In this document: positions 8,269-17,714 of the stretch, in pieces | How the letters are laid out: every line of letters begins with the position of its first letter | How positions within the stretch are numbered: the stretch's first letter is position 1 | Source: Akkermansia muciniphila | Lineage (GTDB): Bacteria > Verrucomicrobiota > Verrucomicrobiia > Limisphaerales > UBA1100 | Direction of reading: 5' to 3' | DNA: 64,000 nucleotides | Assembly: GCA_945903605.1 (NCBI GenBank) | Contig: CAMDOH010000004.1 | Location: forward strand, 2,593-66,592 | Notes under the pieces: model-generated | Database searches by the model: none | Told to the model about the DNA's origin: nothing | The model's input: only the letters and a program-made list of their open reading frames with translations | Program-made: the position numbers and the translations under genes

Positions 8269-9375
8269 TTGCATTTTGTGCGTCGCGTTTTGAATCTATC
8301 CTCCAGCGTGCTCAACGAACTGACGAGCCAACTTAATAGCGGCGTTCCATTGAACGATGTTCAAGTACAGACCGCCGTCGCGCAACTCATCGCCGATGGA
8401 GTGGATGCTGTGGCCAAGGCAGAATTTCTCGCCGCACTGGCGCAGAAGGGCGAGACCACAGAGGAGATTGCCGCATTCGCGCGCCTCCTCAGATCCATGG
8501 CCGTGCCTTTGCCGCTCGATGAAGCCACGCGAGCTGGCGAGATTCTTGATGTGTGTGGCACTGGCGGTGACCGGCTCAATACGTTCAATATTTCCACGAC
8601 GGTTGCGCTTGTTTGCGCTGGCGCAGGAGTTGTTGTCGCCAAACACGGCAATCGCGCCATCACTTCGGCATCCGGCAGCACAGACGTTTTGGAGTCGTTG
8701 GGTATCCCCGTTGAATTATCGCCTGAGCAGGCTGCACTTGCGTTGCGCGATCAAGGATTCGCATTTCTGTGGGCACCGAAATATCACCCCGCATTCAAGC
8801 ACATCGCGCCAGCGCGAAAGCTTTGCGCAGAGCGCGGACAGAAAACGATCTTCAACTTTCTCGGCCCGTTGTTGAATCCTTCTCGGCCCACGGCGCAACT
8901 CATCGGCGTGCCGCGTCCGAATCTTTGCGAGTCGATGGCGCGCGTGCTGCAATCGCTTGGCATCCGGCGCGGCATGGTAGTTTGCGGAGAGATTGAAGGA
9001 GGGAGCTCGGGCAATTCGAGCGCGGCATTGATTGACGAACTCTCGACTCTCGGGCCAACAACGCTGGCGGAATTCTATCAGGATCGTGGATTCAATGTTT
9101 CACGATTGATGGCTGGCGATTTTCCCATTCAGCCTGCTGCGTTGCAGGATCTCGCCGGGGGCGATGCCAAGGTGAACGCGGAAATCATCATCAGGATTTT
9201 GCGAAGTGAGGATCGCGGCCCCAAACGCGATGCCGTTCTGCTGAATGCTGCGGCAGCACTTTTTGTTGTGGGGAAAAGCAAGTCCATCACGGAAGGGTGG
9301 ATGTTGGCGGCGGAGACAATTGATTCCGGTCGCGCATTCGAGAAACTAAATCAACTGCGGGGAACGCGCGGGTGA
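8269..9375 (+). CDS. trpD: Anthranilate phosphoribosyltransferase
   Basis: 368-aa ORF with a TTG start. An alternative GTG lies at 8308. The motifs DVCGTGGDRLNTFNIST and KHGNRAITSASGSTDVLE are diagnostic. Confidence 0.9.
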   Translation: MHFVRRVLNLSSSVLNELTSQLNSGVPLNDVQVQTAVAQLIADGVDAVAKAEFLAALAQKGETTEEIAAFARLLRSMAVPLPLDEATRAGEILDVCGTGGDRLNTFNISTTVALVCAGAGVVVAKHGNRAITSASGSTDVLESLGIPVELSPEQAALALRDQGFAFLWAPKYHPAFKHIAPARKLCAERGQKTIFNFLGPLLNPSRPTAQLIGVPRPNLCESMARVLQSLGIRRGMVVCGEIEGGSSGNSSAALIDELSTLGPTTLAEFYQDRGFNVSRLMAGDFPIQPAALQDLAGGDAKVNAEIIIRILRSEDRGPKRDAVLLNAAAALFVVGKSKSITEGWMLAAETIDSGRAFEKLNQLRGTRG

Positions 9376-9866
9376 ATGGCGAGATACAATCGGCGGCCAC
9401 TGTTCCGCCAATTCTGAACCGGCGACTGGATAAGAGTTCGCTCTTGGGCTATCTGGCGTTGGGCATCGCGACCGTGGCGGGAGTGATTGTTTTGTTCATG
9501 TTCAATCCCACGGAACATGGCTTTTTCCCGCGGTGCGCGTTATATGCATGGACAGGGATTGCCTGTCCGGGTTGTGGGATTCTGCGCGGGCTTCATCACT
9601 TGACGCACGGTCATTTTCTGGAGGCGTTCCAGCACAACACACTTTTCATGTTGCTCATTCCGATTGCTGTTTATTCCTACTTTCGTGTGGTGCTGAAACT
9701 GACTGGCAGAGATTGGTTGCCACCAATATTCGCGGGAGCACGGTGGATGAAGGTATTCATCACGATACTTATCGTGTTCACGGTGGTTCGAAACATCCCG
9801 GTGAAGCCGTTCAGTTTTTTCTATCCAAAGAGGCCACCGGTGAAGACGGCGCCGCTGTTGCAGTGA
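9372..9866 (+). CDS. DUF2752-like membrane protein
   Basis: 164 aa. The GTG start overlaps the trpD stop (GTGA). It carries a CPGCGILRGLHHL motif flanked by TM helices, as in DUF2752. Confidence 0.65.
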   Translation: MNGEIQSAATVPPILNRRLDKSSLLGYLALGIATVAGVIVLFMFNPTEHGFFPRCALYAWTGIACPGCGILRGLHHLTHGHFLEAFQHNTLFMLLIPIAVYSYFRVVLKLTGRDWLPPIFAGARWMKVFITILIVFTVVRNIPVKPFSFFYPKRPPVKTAPLLQ

Positions 9867-9936
9867 GTTTTTGCCTTGATTGAATGGGAAGGATGCGCGA
9901 CTAAGCACACACAATTCCAATCGGACCAAGTCGATC

Positions 9937-10833
9937 ATGTATAAAATTATTGGCGGCGACGGCAAAGTGTACGGTCCGGTCTCGAAAGACCAAATCCAAC
10001 AATGGGTGCTGGGCAATCGAGCCAATTCCCATTCAAAGGTTTCACTGGCAAGCGAAGAATCGTGGAGACCGCTGGGGGAATTTCCTGAATTAGCCACACT
10101 GCTGCCCGGTGCCGCGCCTGTGACAACGCCAGCGAGTTTGCCGGCCACCTCATCTTTGCCGCCGATCCCCGCAGCAGTGACGAGCACATTCACACCGATT
10201 CGAGGAGCGACCAGTGGAGCGACGGGCGCGGCATTTGCCAGCAGCATTGAAAATCGCGACTACGAATTGCATGTGGTCGATTACATTGGCCGAGCGTGGA
10301 CTTTGGTGTTTTCAGATTTCTGGCTGTTGGTTGGCGGTATGTTTGTGGGTTCGTTGGTGATGGGCACCTGCGGCCTATTGTTGGCAGGCCCTATGATGGG
10401 CGGTTTTTACTGGATGTTCCTGCAGAAAATCCGAGGCAATCCGGTGTCGTTCGGTGACATTTTCAAAGGGTTTGATTTGTTTCTTCCACTGTTTCTGACA
10501 AGTTTGGTGTCTTCATTGTTGATCTTTCTTGGAGGCATCTGCTGTCTGATTCCGGGGATTTATCTGGCGGTTTGTTGGACATTTTCCGTGCCGCTCGTGA
10601 TAGACAAGAAGATGGATTTCTGGGACGCGATGGAGTTGAGCCGCAAGACAGTGAGCAAGCATTGGTTCCACTGTCTCTGGCTTGTCATTTGTGTCGGGTT
10701 GGTTTCAATCCTTGGGATATTAGGTTGTTTTGTCGGAATCTTCATTTCGATTCCAATCGGATTTGCGATGTACGCATTTGCCTACGAAGACATGTTCAAT
10801 TCTGCGCCGAATTCGCTGCGCAAACCCCGGTAG
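9937..10833 (+). CDS. GYF_2 (DUF4339)-domain protein with a C-terminal multi-TM domain
   Basis: I prefer the ATG at 9937. The N-terminus MYKIIGGDGKVYGPVSKDQIQQWVLGNRANSHSKVSLASEESWRPLGEFPEL is GYF-like. A P/A/T-rich linker follows, then about 5 TM helices. Confidence 0.7.
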   Translation: MYKIIGGDGKVYGPVSKDQIQQWVLGNRANSHSKVSLASEESWRPLGEFPELATLLPGAAPVTTPASLPATSSLPPIPAAVTSTFTPIRGATSGATGAAFASSIENRDYELHVVDYIGRAWTLVFSDFWLLVGGMFVGSLVMGTCGLLLAGPMMGGFYWMFLQKIRGNPVSFGDIFKGFDLFLPLFLTSLVSSLLIFLGGICCLIPGIYLAVCWTFSVPLVIDKKMDFWDAMELSRKTVSKHWFHCLWLVICVGLVSILGILGCFVGIFISIPIGFAMYAFAYEDMFNSAPNSLRKPR

Positions 10834-10842
10834 TAAACAATC

Positions 10843-11463
10843 ATGAGTGGCTACTACATGCAGGGTGGGGATGGCCGCGAGTACGGCCCGATTGCCGTTG
10901 AGCAACTCAAGCGTTGGCAACGCGAAGGACGTGCGGATGCGAATACTCAGGTTCGACCTGAACACGAATTGAACTGGCGCGCGTTGGGAACGGTCCCCGA
11001 ATTGGCTGTGATACGGATTGCGTCGGGGCCGCCACCGCTGGATCAAGCTGGATCGCAGCCGAATCGTGAACTCGCCAGTGGACTGGTTTCCGGCCCTGCC
11101 ATCTTCATAATGATCAGCACTGGGCTGAATGTTTTGTTTTCACTCTTTTCGATTGCTATCAATCTTCTGCAAATTGGCGTTGGCTCAATTATGGGTGGGA
11201 GTGGATCGGGTGGCGCATTGGGATTCTTGTTTCAAGGGACATTGGGTTTGGTGATGAATCTCATCGGGCTTGTAATCCCCATCATGATTTTTATTGGCGC
11301 CATCAAGATGATGAAGTTGAAAAGCCATGGTTGGGCGATGGCCGCGAGCATTCTGTGTCTGCTCTGTTCCAACCCGTGTTGCTGTCCGCTTGGGTTGGCA
11401 GCGGGTATTTGGTCGTTGGTCGTTTTGGGTAAGCCCGAGGTCAAGGCCGCGTTTGAATCATGA
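10843..11463 (+). CDS. GYF_2 (DUF4339)-domain membrane protein with a CD225-like Cys motif
   Basis: 206 aa. The N-terminus YYMQGGDGREYGPIAVEQLKRWQREGRADANTQVRPEHELNWRALGTVPEL is GYF-like. TM helices follow. The C-terminus reads LLCSNPCCCPLGLAAGIWSLVVLGKPEVKAAF. Confidence 0.65.
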   Translation: MSGYYMQGGDGREYGPIAVEQLKRWQREGRADANTQVRPEHELNWRALGTVPELAVIRIASGPPPLDQAGSQPNRELASGLVSGPAIFIMISTGLNVLFSLFSIAINLLQIGVGSIMGGSGSGGALGFLFQGTLGLVMNLIGLVIPIMIFIGAIKMMKLKSHGWAMAASILCLLCSNPCCCPLGLAAGIWSLVVLGKPEVKAAFES

Positions 11464-11879
11464 GCGATGTTGCGCCCAAGGCTGCCGTTCAAGCGGCGTC
11501 GACGGCACTGGCGACAGGTGTAACTCGAGGTAGAGCCTGGGCTTGTTTATTGAGCAACGCTTTCTTTCTGCCGGGCGCAGGCAGCCTCCTCGCAGGCCGA
11601 AAGCGATCTGGAGTTGTTCAATTGATTTTTTCATTGGTTGGATTGGGACTGAGTGCGCTGGTTATTTTCCCATTGATGGATTTCTTCCGCGACTACATGC
11701 AGTTGCTCGACACCGCAGGGCACTCCACGGATGTGGCCTCTTTCTCCACTTTTAAGGATCGCATGTGGGCACACGTGCAGCGCTGGAGGAATCCAGTAGG
11801 CGCGGGTTTTGTCCTGTTCACCCTCTCGTGGCTTTGGGCCATCGGCACGAGCATCAGCGTGTTTAGATCGGCGCGCTGA
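11460..11879 (+). CDS. Hypothetical membrane protein
   Basis: 139 aa. The ATG overlaps the upstream stop (ATGA). There are three predicted TM segments and no recognisable motif. Confidence 0.55.
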   Translation: MSDVAPKAAVQAASTALATGVTRGRAWACLLSNAFFLPGAGSLLAGRKRSGVVQLIFSLVGLGLSALVIFPLMDFFRDYMQLLDTAGHSTDVASFSTFKDRMWAHVQRWRNPVGAGFVLFTLSWLWAIGTSISVFRSAR

Positions 11880-11892
11880 AGCGGTGTTCACT

Positions 11893-12435
11893 TCAATTTC
11901 CGCCGCCGCCGGTATACTGGACGAATTGGTGATAGATGTACTGGGCGACTTCTTTCATCGTTCGCTGTTCCGTATTCGCGATGATGTCGGCTCGTTTATA
12001 ATGCGGCTCACGTTCGGTGAGCAGCCGCTTGATTGTGCCCAATGGATCGGGACCGCGCAGTAGCGGCCGTTTCGAATTGTGACTTGTCCGTTCCAAAATC
12101 GTTTCCGCAGTGGCCCACAAGCAGACAATCAACGAGTGAGATTGGAGGCTGGCGAAGTTGTCGGGATTGGTCACCAGTCCGCCACCCGTGGAGATAATGA
12201 TCCTGCTGCGCGAAGCCAGTTCAGCGACCACTTCGCTTTCGAGTTTGCGAAAGGCCGGCTCACCCAACTCATCGAATAACTGGGAAATGGCCTTGCCAGT
12301 GCGCTGCTCGATCAATTGATCTGTATCGGCCAATTCAAATTGCAGTCGCTGCGACAGGAGGCGGCCCACGGAGGATTTGCCGCAACCCATGAATCCCACC
12401 AACGTCAGATTCCTTACTTTTCGAGCCGCATCCAC
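11893..12435 (-). CDS. aroK: Shikimate kinase
   Basis: 180 aa. It has the Walker A motif GFMGCGKSSVGRLL followed by D-T-D ... G ... FR..E, the shikimate kinase pattern. Confidence 0.9.
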   Translation of the reverse strand: MDAARKVRNLTLVGFMGCGKSSVGRLLSQRLQFELADTDQLIEQRTGKAISQLFDELGEPAFRKLESEVVAELASRSRIIISTGGGLVTNPDNFASLQSHSLIVCLWATAETILERTSHNSKRPLLRGPDPLGTIKRLLTEREPHYKRADIIANTEQRTMKEVAQYIYHQFVQYTGGGGN

Positions 12436-12526
12436 GGGCTGTTGATAGCGGAATCAGCGCGATGAATCACGGTGATTCTGTAAATATGCTTGAGGTGCGA
12501 CGGATTCGACACCCATCATCGGGGCT

Positions 12527-14317
12527 GTGCCGGCGAATCGAATCCAGATTGAAACCTTCTTCCGAGGCATCGCCGTTTCGCCGGGAGTCTGCCGTGGCAA
12601 GGTGCTCATCCTCGAACGCGGGCATGAGGAAGAGCCGCCGCGCCGTCCCATCGCTGCTGAAAGAGTGGAGGAGGAACTGGCTAGATTTCAGCGCTCACAC
12701 GCAGCTATCCGGCATCAGATCTTGCAGATTCAAGAGGAGGTGCGCGGGAAAATGCAATCGAAGGAACTGGAGATTTTCGATGCGCATATCTCGATCCTCG
12801 ATGATCCCGTGGTTCTCGAGGAGACCGTGCGCATGGTTCGCGAGCAGTTGATGAATGTGGAATTTGCGTACCATGCGGTGGTGGAACGCTACGCGGAGGC
12901 GCTCGCAGAAGTTGGCGACGATTATTTGCGCGAGCGCGCTGCGGATTTGCGCGATGTTTGCCTGCGCGTGTTGAACCATCTGCTTGGACGTGATCAGCAG
13001 GTGGATCTGCAACATCTGACCGAGCCGTGTATTCTCGTCAGCCACGATCTGGCCCCGACTCAAACGGCACAGTTGGATCGCAACATGGTGCTGGGCTTGG
13101 CAACGGATGTGGGCGGAAAAACTTCGCACACGGCGATTCTCGCCGGCTCACTCCGGATTCCAGCGGTGGTCGGTTTGCAAAATATCAGCTTGGAGTTGAC
13201 CAGTGGCGATTACGTTTTGCTCGATGGTTTCAACGGGATCATCGTCGTCAATCCGACGGACCAAACGCTTTACGAGTACGGAGAAATTGTCCGAAAGCGC
13301 GAGGATTTGCAGGCGGGATTATTGGAGAGCAAAGATTCGCCAGCGGTGACGTTGGACGGCACGCGCATCATCGTCGCCGCCAACATCGAGCATTTGAGCG
13401 ACATCCTGGCTGTGCACGAATGTGGTGCGGAAGGCATCGGGCTGTTTCGCACGGAATATCTTTTTCTCGAACGCGAGACGTTGCCGACAGAAGAGGAGCA
13501 GTTCAATTCGTATCAACGCGTGGCCAAGGCGATGAAGCCGCAGAGCGTCATCCTTCGCACGCTGGATGTGGGAGGAGACAAGATTTCTGGCGTGTTCGGA
13601 ATGACGGCGGAGGAGAATCCGTTTCTGGGATTGCGGGCGATTCGGTTCTGCCTGCAGAAACCCGAAATCTTCTGCACGCAGTTGCGAGCGATTCTGCGCG
13701 CCAGTATTGTTGGGAACATCAAGTTGATGTACCCGATGATCTCGGGCGTTGATGAAATCGACGAGGCCAACCGTCTGCTCGAATCTTGCAAAGAAGAGCT
13801 GCGAAGCAAAGGAGTGCCCTTCGATGAATCAATCGAGGTGGGAATGATGATGGAGATTCCATCGGCGGTGTTGATGGCGGATGCGCTGGGTCGGCGCGCC
13901 AAGTTTTTTAGCATCGGCACCAATGATCTCATCCAATACACGCTGGCGGTGGATCGGCTCAATGAGAGGATTGCACATTTGTATGATCCGGCGCATCCGG
14001 GATTGCTGCGTTTGATTCAGATGACTGTGGAATCGGGAAATCGCAACAAGATTTGGACGGGAGTTTGCGGCGAGATGGCGGCGGATCCGGCTTTGGTGCC
14101 ACTGTTGTTGGGCTTGGGCGTGACGAAGCTGAGTATATCGCCCATCGCTGTGCCGGCAGTGAAGCATTTGATTCGTTGCCTGAAATTATCCGAGGCGCGA
14201 GAGCTGGCCGAGTTTGCACTTTCAGCGGAGTCGAGCGTGGAAGTGTTGGCGCGGTCGCGTGCGCTGGTGCAGCGGATCGCGCCAGGTTTTTTGGAGAATC
14301 ACAGCGCGTCAATATGA
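12527..14317 (+). CDS. ptsI: Phosphoenolpyruvate-protein phosphotransferase (PTS Enzyme I)
   Basis: 596 aa with a GTG start. The motifs GGKTSHTAILA (active-site His), GLFRTEYLF and IGTNDLIQYTLAVDR are present. No ptsH or EII gene is adjacent. Confidence 0.9.
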   Translation: MPANRIQIETFFRGIAVSPGVCRGKVLILERGHEEEPPRRPIAAERVEEELARFQRSHAAIRHQILQIQEEVRGKMQSKELEIFDAHISILDDPVVLEETVRMVREQLMNVEFAYHAVVERYAEALAEVGDDYLRERAADLRDVCLRVLNHLLGRDQQVDLQHLTEPCILVSHDLAPTQTAQLDRNMVLGLATDVGGKTSHTAILAGSLRIPAVVGLQNISLELTSGDYVLLDGFNGIIVVNPTDQTLYEYGEIVRKREDLQAGLLESKDSPAVTLDGTRIIVAANIEHLSDILAVHECGAEGIGLFRTEYLFLERETLPTEEEQFNSYQRVAKAMKPQSVILRTLDVGGDKISGVFGMTAEENPFLGLRAIRFCLQKPEIFCTQLRAILRASIVGNIKLMYPMISGVDEIDEANRLLESCKEELRSKGVPFDESIEVGMMMEIPSAVLMADALGRRAKFFSIGTNDLIQYTLAVDRLNERIAHLYDPAHPGLLRLIQMTVESGNRNKIWTGVCGEMAADPALVPLLLGLGVTKLSISPIAVPAVKHLIRCLKLSEARELAEFALSAESSVEVLARSRALVQRIAPGFLENHSASI

Positions 14318-15054
14318 AGTTGGTCATCCTTGCTGCCGGATATGCGACTCGGCTTTATCCGTTGACGTTGACGACGCCCAAACCGTTGTTGCCAGTGGGT
14401 GGCAGGCCGATGATCGAGCGGGTATTGGAAAGTCTCGCGCCCGTGCAGGGCATCGACCATGTGTACGTGGTGACGAATGCGAAGTTCGCTTCTGCTTTTG
14501 AAGTTTGGAATCAAAGCCGGAACGGACAGGGAATTCCTTGCACCATTATCAACGACGGCACGACGGATGAATCGAATCGTCTCGGAGCCATCGGCGATCT
14601 TGGATTGGTGATTCGCAATCAGAAAATCGCTGACGATCTGTTGGTGATCGCCGGCGACAATCTGTTCACGGAGCCGCTCCATGGATTTGATGAGTTTTGT
14701 CACAGTCGAAATTCGCCGGTGCTCGGTGTGTACGATGTGGGCAGCATTGATGAAGCCAGAAAATATGGCGTGGTGGAAGTGGATGGAGACGGAAGGCTGA
14801 TTCATTTCGAGGAAAAGCCGGCGCAACCACGCAGCACGCTTTTGGGAGTGGCGCTTTATTTTTATCCGAGTGCGGTGGTGCCGTCGGTGCTCGATTATTT
14901 GGCGGCGGGAAATAACCCGGATCAACCGGGACGATTGGTGCAATGGCTTTATCCGCACCAAACGGTTTTCACCTGGCTGGTGAAAGGAGCATGGCTGGAT
15001 ATTGGCTCGAAGGAATCCCTCGAGGAAGCCAACAAACTATTCGCGGTCGACTGA
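14314..15054 (+). CDS. Sugar-phosphate nucleotidyltransferase (NTP_transferase family)
   Basis: The ATG at 14314 overlaps the ptsI stop (ATGA). The start MKLVILAAGYATRLYPLTLTTPKPLLPVGGRPMI is the G-x-G-T-R-L nucleotidyltransferase signature. The upstream part of ORF 14053..15054 is out-of-frame ptsI sequence. Confidence 0.85.
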   Translation: MKLVILAAGYATRLYPLTLTTPKPLLPVGGRPMIERVLESLAPVQGIDHVYVVTNAKFASAFEVWNQSRNGQGIPCTIINDGTTDESNRLGAIGDLGLVIRNQKIADDLLVIAGDNLFTEPLHGFDEFCHSRNSPVLGVYDVGSIDEARKYGVVEVDGDGRLIHFEEKPAQPRSTLLGVALYFYPSAVVPSVLDYLAAGNNPDQPGRLVQWLYPHQTVFTWLVKGAWLDIGSKESLEEANKLFAVD

Positions 15055-15060
15055 CGCCGA

Positions 15061-15210
15061 CTAGTTTGTCTTCGGGCCGTCTGTGCCGGGCTTTGGGGGC
15101 GGTTCAGATGGCGTGTTCGGTTTCTTCTCGGGAGTAGAATCGCCACAACCCATCACTGAAACAGCGAGAAATGCCACGGCAACCAACGTGAGAACAGATC
15201 GAATAATCAT
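15061..15210 (-). CDS. Small putative lipoprotein (49 aa)
   Basis: Hand translation gives MIIRSVLTLVAVAFLAVSVMGCGDSTPEKKPNTPSEPPPKPGTDGPKTN*. It has a signal peptide with a lipobox (VMGC) and a Pro-rich tail. At 49 aa it falls below the 60-aa ORF-track cutoff. Confidence 0.45.
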   Translation of the reverse strand: MIIRSVLTLVAVAFLAVSVMGCGDSTPEKKPNTPSEPPPKPGTDGPKTN

Positions 15211-15232
15211 TACCAAACGATAGTAGCTGGAA

Positions 15233-15967
15233 TTACTGGATTGGCAAGGTCGGCAACGGCGTCGGATTCGCCCACAGCTTGTGCCATCTCAATGTCCAAA
15301 GCTTCTGATGTTCGACCACGCCTGTGTGACCATCGTTGAAGACGACGTTAATTTTGCCTTCGTGACGATTGACAACCACGCGTGCCATGCCCGAATTATT
15401 GGCTCCATTGAGCGTCGGCGGCGGAGCATCCGTGGGCAGGCACCATGTATCCACCCAGTTTCCATCTGAAAAGGCGGGGTGATCGGTCGGAATACCATCG
15501 CTGGGATCTTGCATGCGCTGTTCAAAACTTCCCCCATCATGATGGTTCCAGCCGTTGAACGTATATGAGCCTGGAATGGGGTTGCCACCATTGATCCGTT
15601 TATCGTCATTCCAACCGCCCCAAGAATCCTGCGATCCACCCCAACGAACGGTCGTGCCATTGACGCAACGCGGACAAAAAAGGATTTTGTGGTCATCGCT
15701 GCAATAACGGACGATTTTGTGGAACCAAAAGTTATTGTTCCAATTGACTCCGCCGTATGCTGGATGGAAACCCGCCTTGTCATCGTGCGAGTACATATGC
15801 AGCGCCTTGACCATTTGGCTGAGGTTGCTGGTGCACTTGATGGATTGGGTCTTGGTCTTCGCCTTCGCCAATGCGGGGAGGAGCATCGACGCCAAAATGC
15901 CGATGATGGCAATTACGACCAAAAGCTCGATTAAGGTGAAACCCTTGCGCGATGTCTGTAAACTCAT
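15233..15967 (-). CDS. Prepilin-type N-terminal cleavage/methylation protein, H-X9-DG/DUF1559-like pseudopilin
   Basis: I prefer the ATG at 15967. The start is [33 protein letters not shown]. The C-terminal block [12 protein letters not shown] is typical of this PVC-expanded family. Confidence 0.85.
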   Translation of the reverse strand: MSLQTSRKGFTLIELLVVIAIIGILASMLLPALAKAKTKTQSIKCTSNLSQMVKALHMYSHDDKAGFHPAYGGVNWNNNFWFHKIVRYCSDDHKILFCPRCVNGTTVRWGGSQDSWGGWNDDKRINGGNPIPGSYTFNGWNHHDGGSFEQRMQDPSDGIPTDHPAFSDGNWVDTWCLPTDAPPPTLNGANNSGMARVVVNRHEGKINVVFNDGHTGVVEHQKLWTLRWHKLWANPTPLPTLPIQ

Positions 15968-16151
15968 AGCGGTATTATCTAGCAAATCCAGTGCCAACGG
16001 CAAATTGTAATTATCCCAAAGAAATACACCTGTAGTCATTTGGCATTGAGCCAACATCACGCAATTCTCGCGTGAATTTGACGCGAAATTCGTCCTGATG
16101 GATTCCCAATCACAGTTGAATTCGTTTTCGGAATCGTTAGCCTTTCGCTCC

Positions 16152-17714
16152 ATGAGTTTTCAGGTCACTACAGAATCGGTCAACGTGCCATTGATTGGTG
16201 AACGCCGACGCGTCGATCCCTGTACCATCGTGATTTTTGGTGCCAGTGGCGACCTGACAGCCCGCAAACTCATTCCCGCTCTGTATCACTTGTTTGAATC
16301 AGGCCAGTTGCCGACTCCGTTCCGAGTGGTTGGTTTTGCTCGGCGCGAAAAGAGTCACGATTCCTGGCGGGAAGAATTGCGTGCAGCGCTTGAGCAATTG
16401 TCGCGAACGAAGTCTGTCGACGCTGCGGTGTGGCAGCGGTTCGCCGGCAACCTCTTTTATTGCAGCGGCGATTTCAATGATTCCGCAGCGTATGGTCGAT
16501 TGAAACTGTTGCTCGAAGGATTTGGCGACGAGTCCTTGAAGCAAAATCTGCTGCTGTATCTGGCCACCGGTCCGAGCCAGTTCGCAGTGGTTGCAGAAAA
16601 TGTTTTCCAAGTAGGACTCCTTCATAAATGGGAAGATGGAGCCGATCATTGGCAGCGGCTTGTCGTGGAGAAACCTTTCGGCCGCGATTTGCAATCCGCT
16701 CGCCTGCTGAACAACGATTTGACACGGCACATCCGCGAGCGACAAGTGCTCCGAATCGATCACTATCTCGGCAAGGAAACCGTCCAGAACATTCTTATGT
16801 TCCGATTCTCCAACGCCATTTTCGAGCGGCTTTGGCAGCGCGAGACTATCGACAACGTGCAAATCACGGTGAGCGAAAAACTCGGGGTCGGTTCGCGTGG
16901 CGGCTATTACGAGGAAGCGGGCGCACTTCGTGACATGCTGCAGAATCATTTGCTCCAGGTTCTTTCGCTCGTGGCGATGGAACCGCCGGTTTCTCTTGAA
17001 GCCGAAGCCATCCGAAATGAAAAGGTCAAGCTGCTGCAATCCATCCGCCCATTGCGACCCGAAGATGTCGCGCGCCAGGTTGTGCGCGGTCAATATTTCG
17101 CCGGTGCGATCGGCGGCGAGCCTCGCATCGGTTACCGGCAGGAAATCAAAGTGCGCCCCGATTCCAATGTGGAGACCTACGTGGCGGTGAATCTGTTCGT
17201 CGACAACTGGCGCTGGTCGGGTGTTCCATTTTATTTGCGCACGGGCAAGAGTCTCCCATTGAGTGCGAGCGAGGTTCGCATCGAATTCCGTCCCACGCCG
17301 CACGTGCTGTTTGCCGCGCGCGAAGAAGCTTCGATGATGCCCAACGTACTCACATTGCGTGTGCAGCCCAACGAGGGAATTTCACTCGCATTCAACGGCA
17401 AAGTACCCGGAACCAACAGCGCGCTGCGTCAGGTTCAAATGCAGTTCAACTACACTTCTGAATTTGGCGCTTACACTCCCGAGGCATATGAACGGCTTCT
17501 GCTCGAGGCGATGGCTGGCAATGCGACGTTGTTCATTCGTCGCGATGAAGTTGAGTCGGCATGGAAAATTGCCGATGCCATTCGCGAGGGTTGGGGAGCC
17601 AAGCCGTTGACCAATCGCGAATTTTATTCCGCAGGATCTTGGGGGCCTGTTGCAGCCGAAGATCTGCTGGCCCGTTCTGGTCATGCTTGGCACGACCCTC
17701 AGCCGAGCGTCTGA
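16152..17714 (+). CDS. zwf: Glucose-6-phosphate 1-dehydrogenase
   Basis: I prefer the ATG at 16152. Motifs present are [26 protein letters not shown] and EKPFG. Confidence 0.95.
   Translation: MSFQVTTESVNVPLIGERRRVDPCTIVIFGASGDLTARKLIPALYHLFESGQLPTPFRVVGFARREKSHDSWREELRAALEQLSRTKSVDAAVWQRFAGNLFYCSGDFNDSAAYGRLKLLLEGFGDESLKQNLLLYLATGPSQFAVVAENVFQVGLLHKWEDGADHWQRLVVEKPFGRDLQSARLLNNDLTRHIRERQVLRIDHYLGKETVQNILMFRFSNAIFERLWQRETIDNVQITVSEKLGVGSRGGYYEEAGALRDMLQNHLLQVLSLVAMEPPVSLEAEAIRNEKVKLLQSIRPLRPEDVARQVVRGQYFAGAIGGEPRIGYRQEIKVRPDSNVETYVAVNLFVDNWRWSGVPFYLRTGKSLPLSASEVRIEFRPTPHVLFAAREEASMMPNVLTLRVQPNEGISLAFNGKVPGTNSALRQVQMQFNYTSEFGAYTPEAYERLLLEAMAGNATLFIRRDEVESAWKIADAIREGWGAKPLTNREFYSAGSWGPVAAEDLLARSGHAWHDPQPSV

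Noticed and set aside
14053-14313. Upstream extension of the nucleotidyltransferase ORF
   Set aside because: It overlaps the 3' end of ptsI in another frame. The conserved MKLVILAAGYATRL N-terminus starts at 14314.
16299-17303. 334-aa ORF antisense to zwf
   Set aside because: This is a shadow ORF. zwf on the plus strand has unambiguous G6PD motifs, and the antisense product has none.
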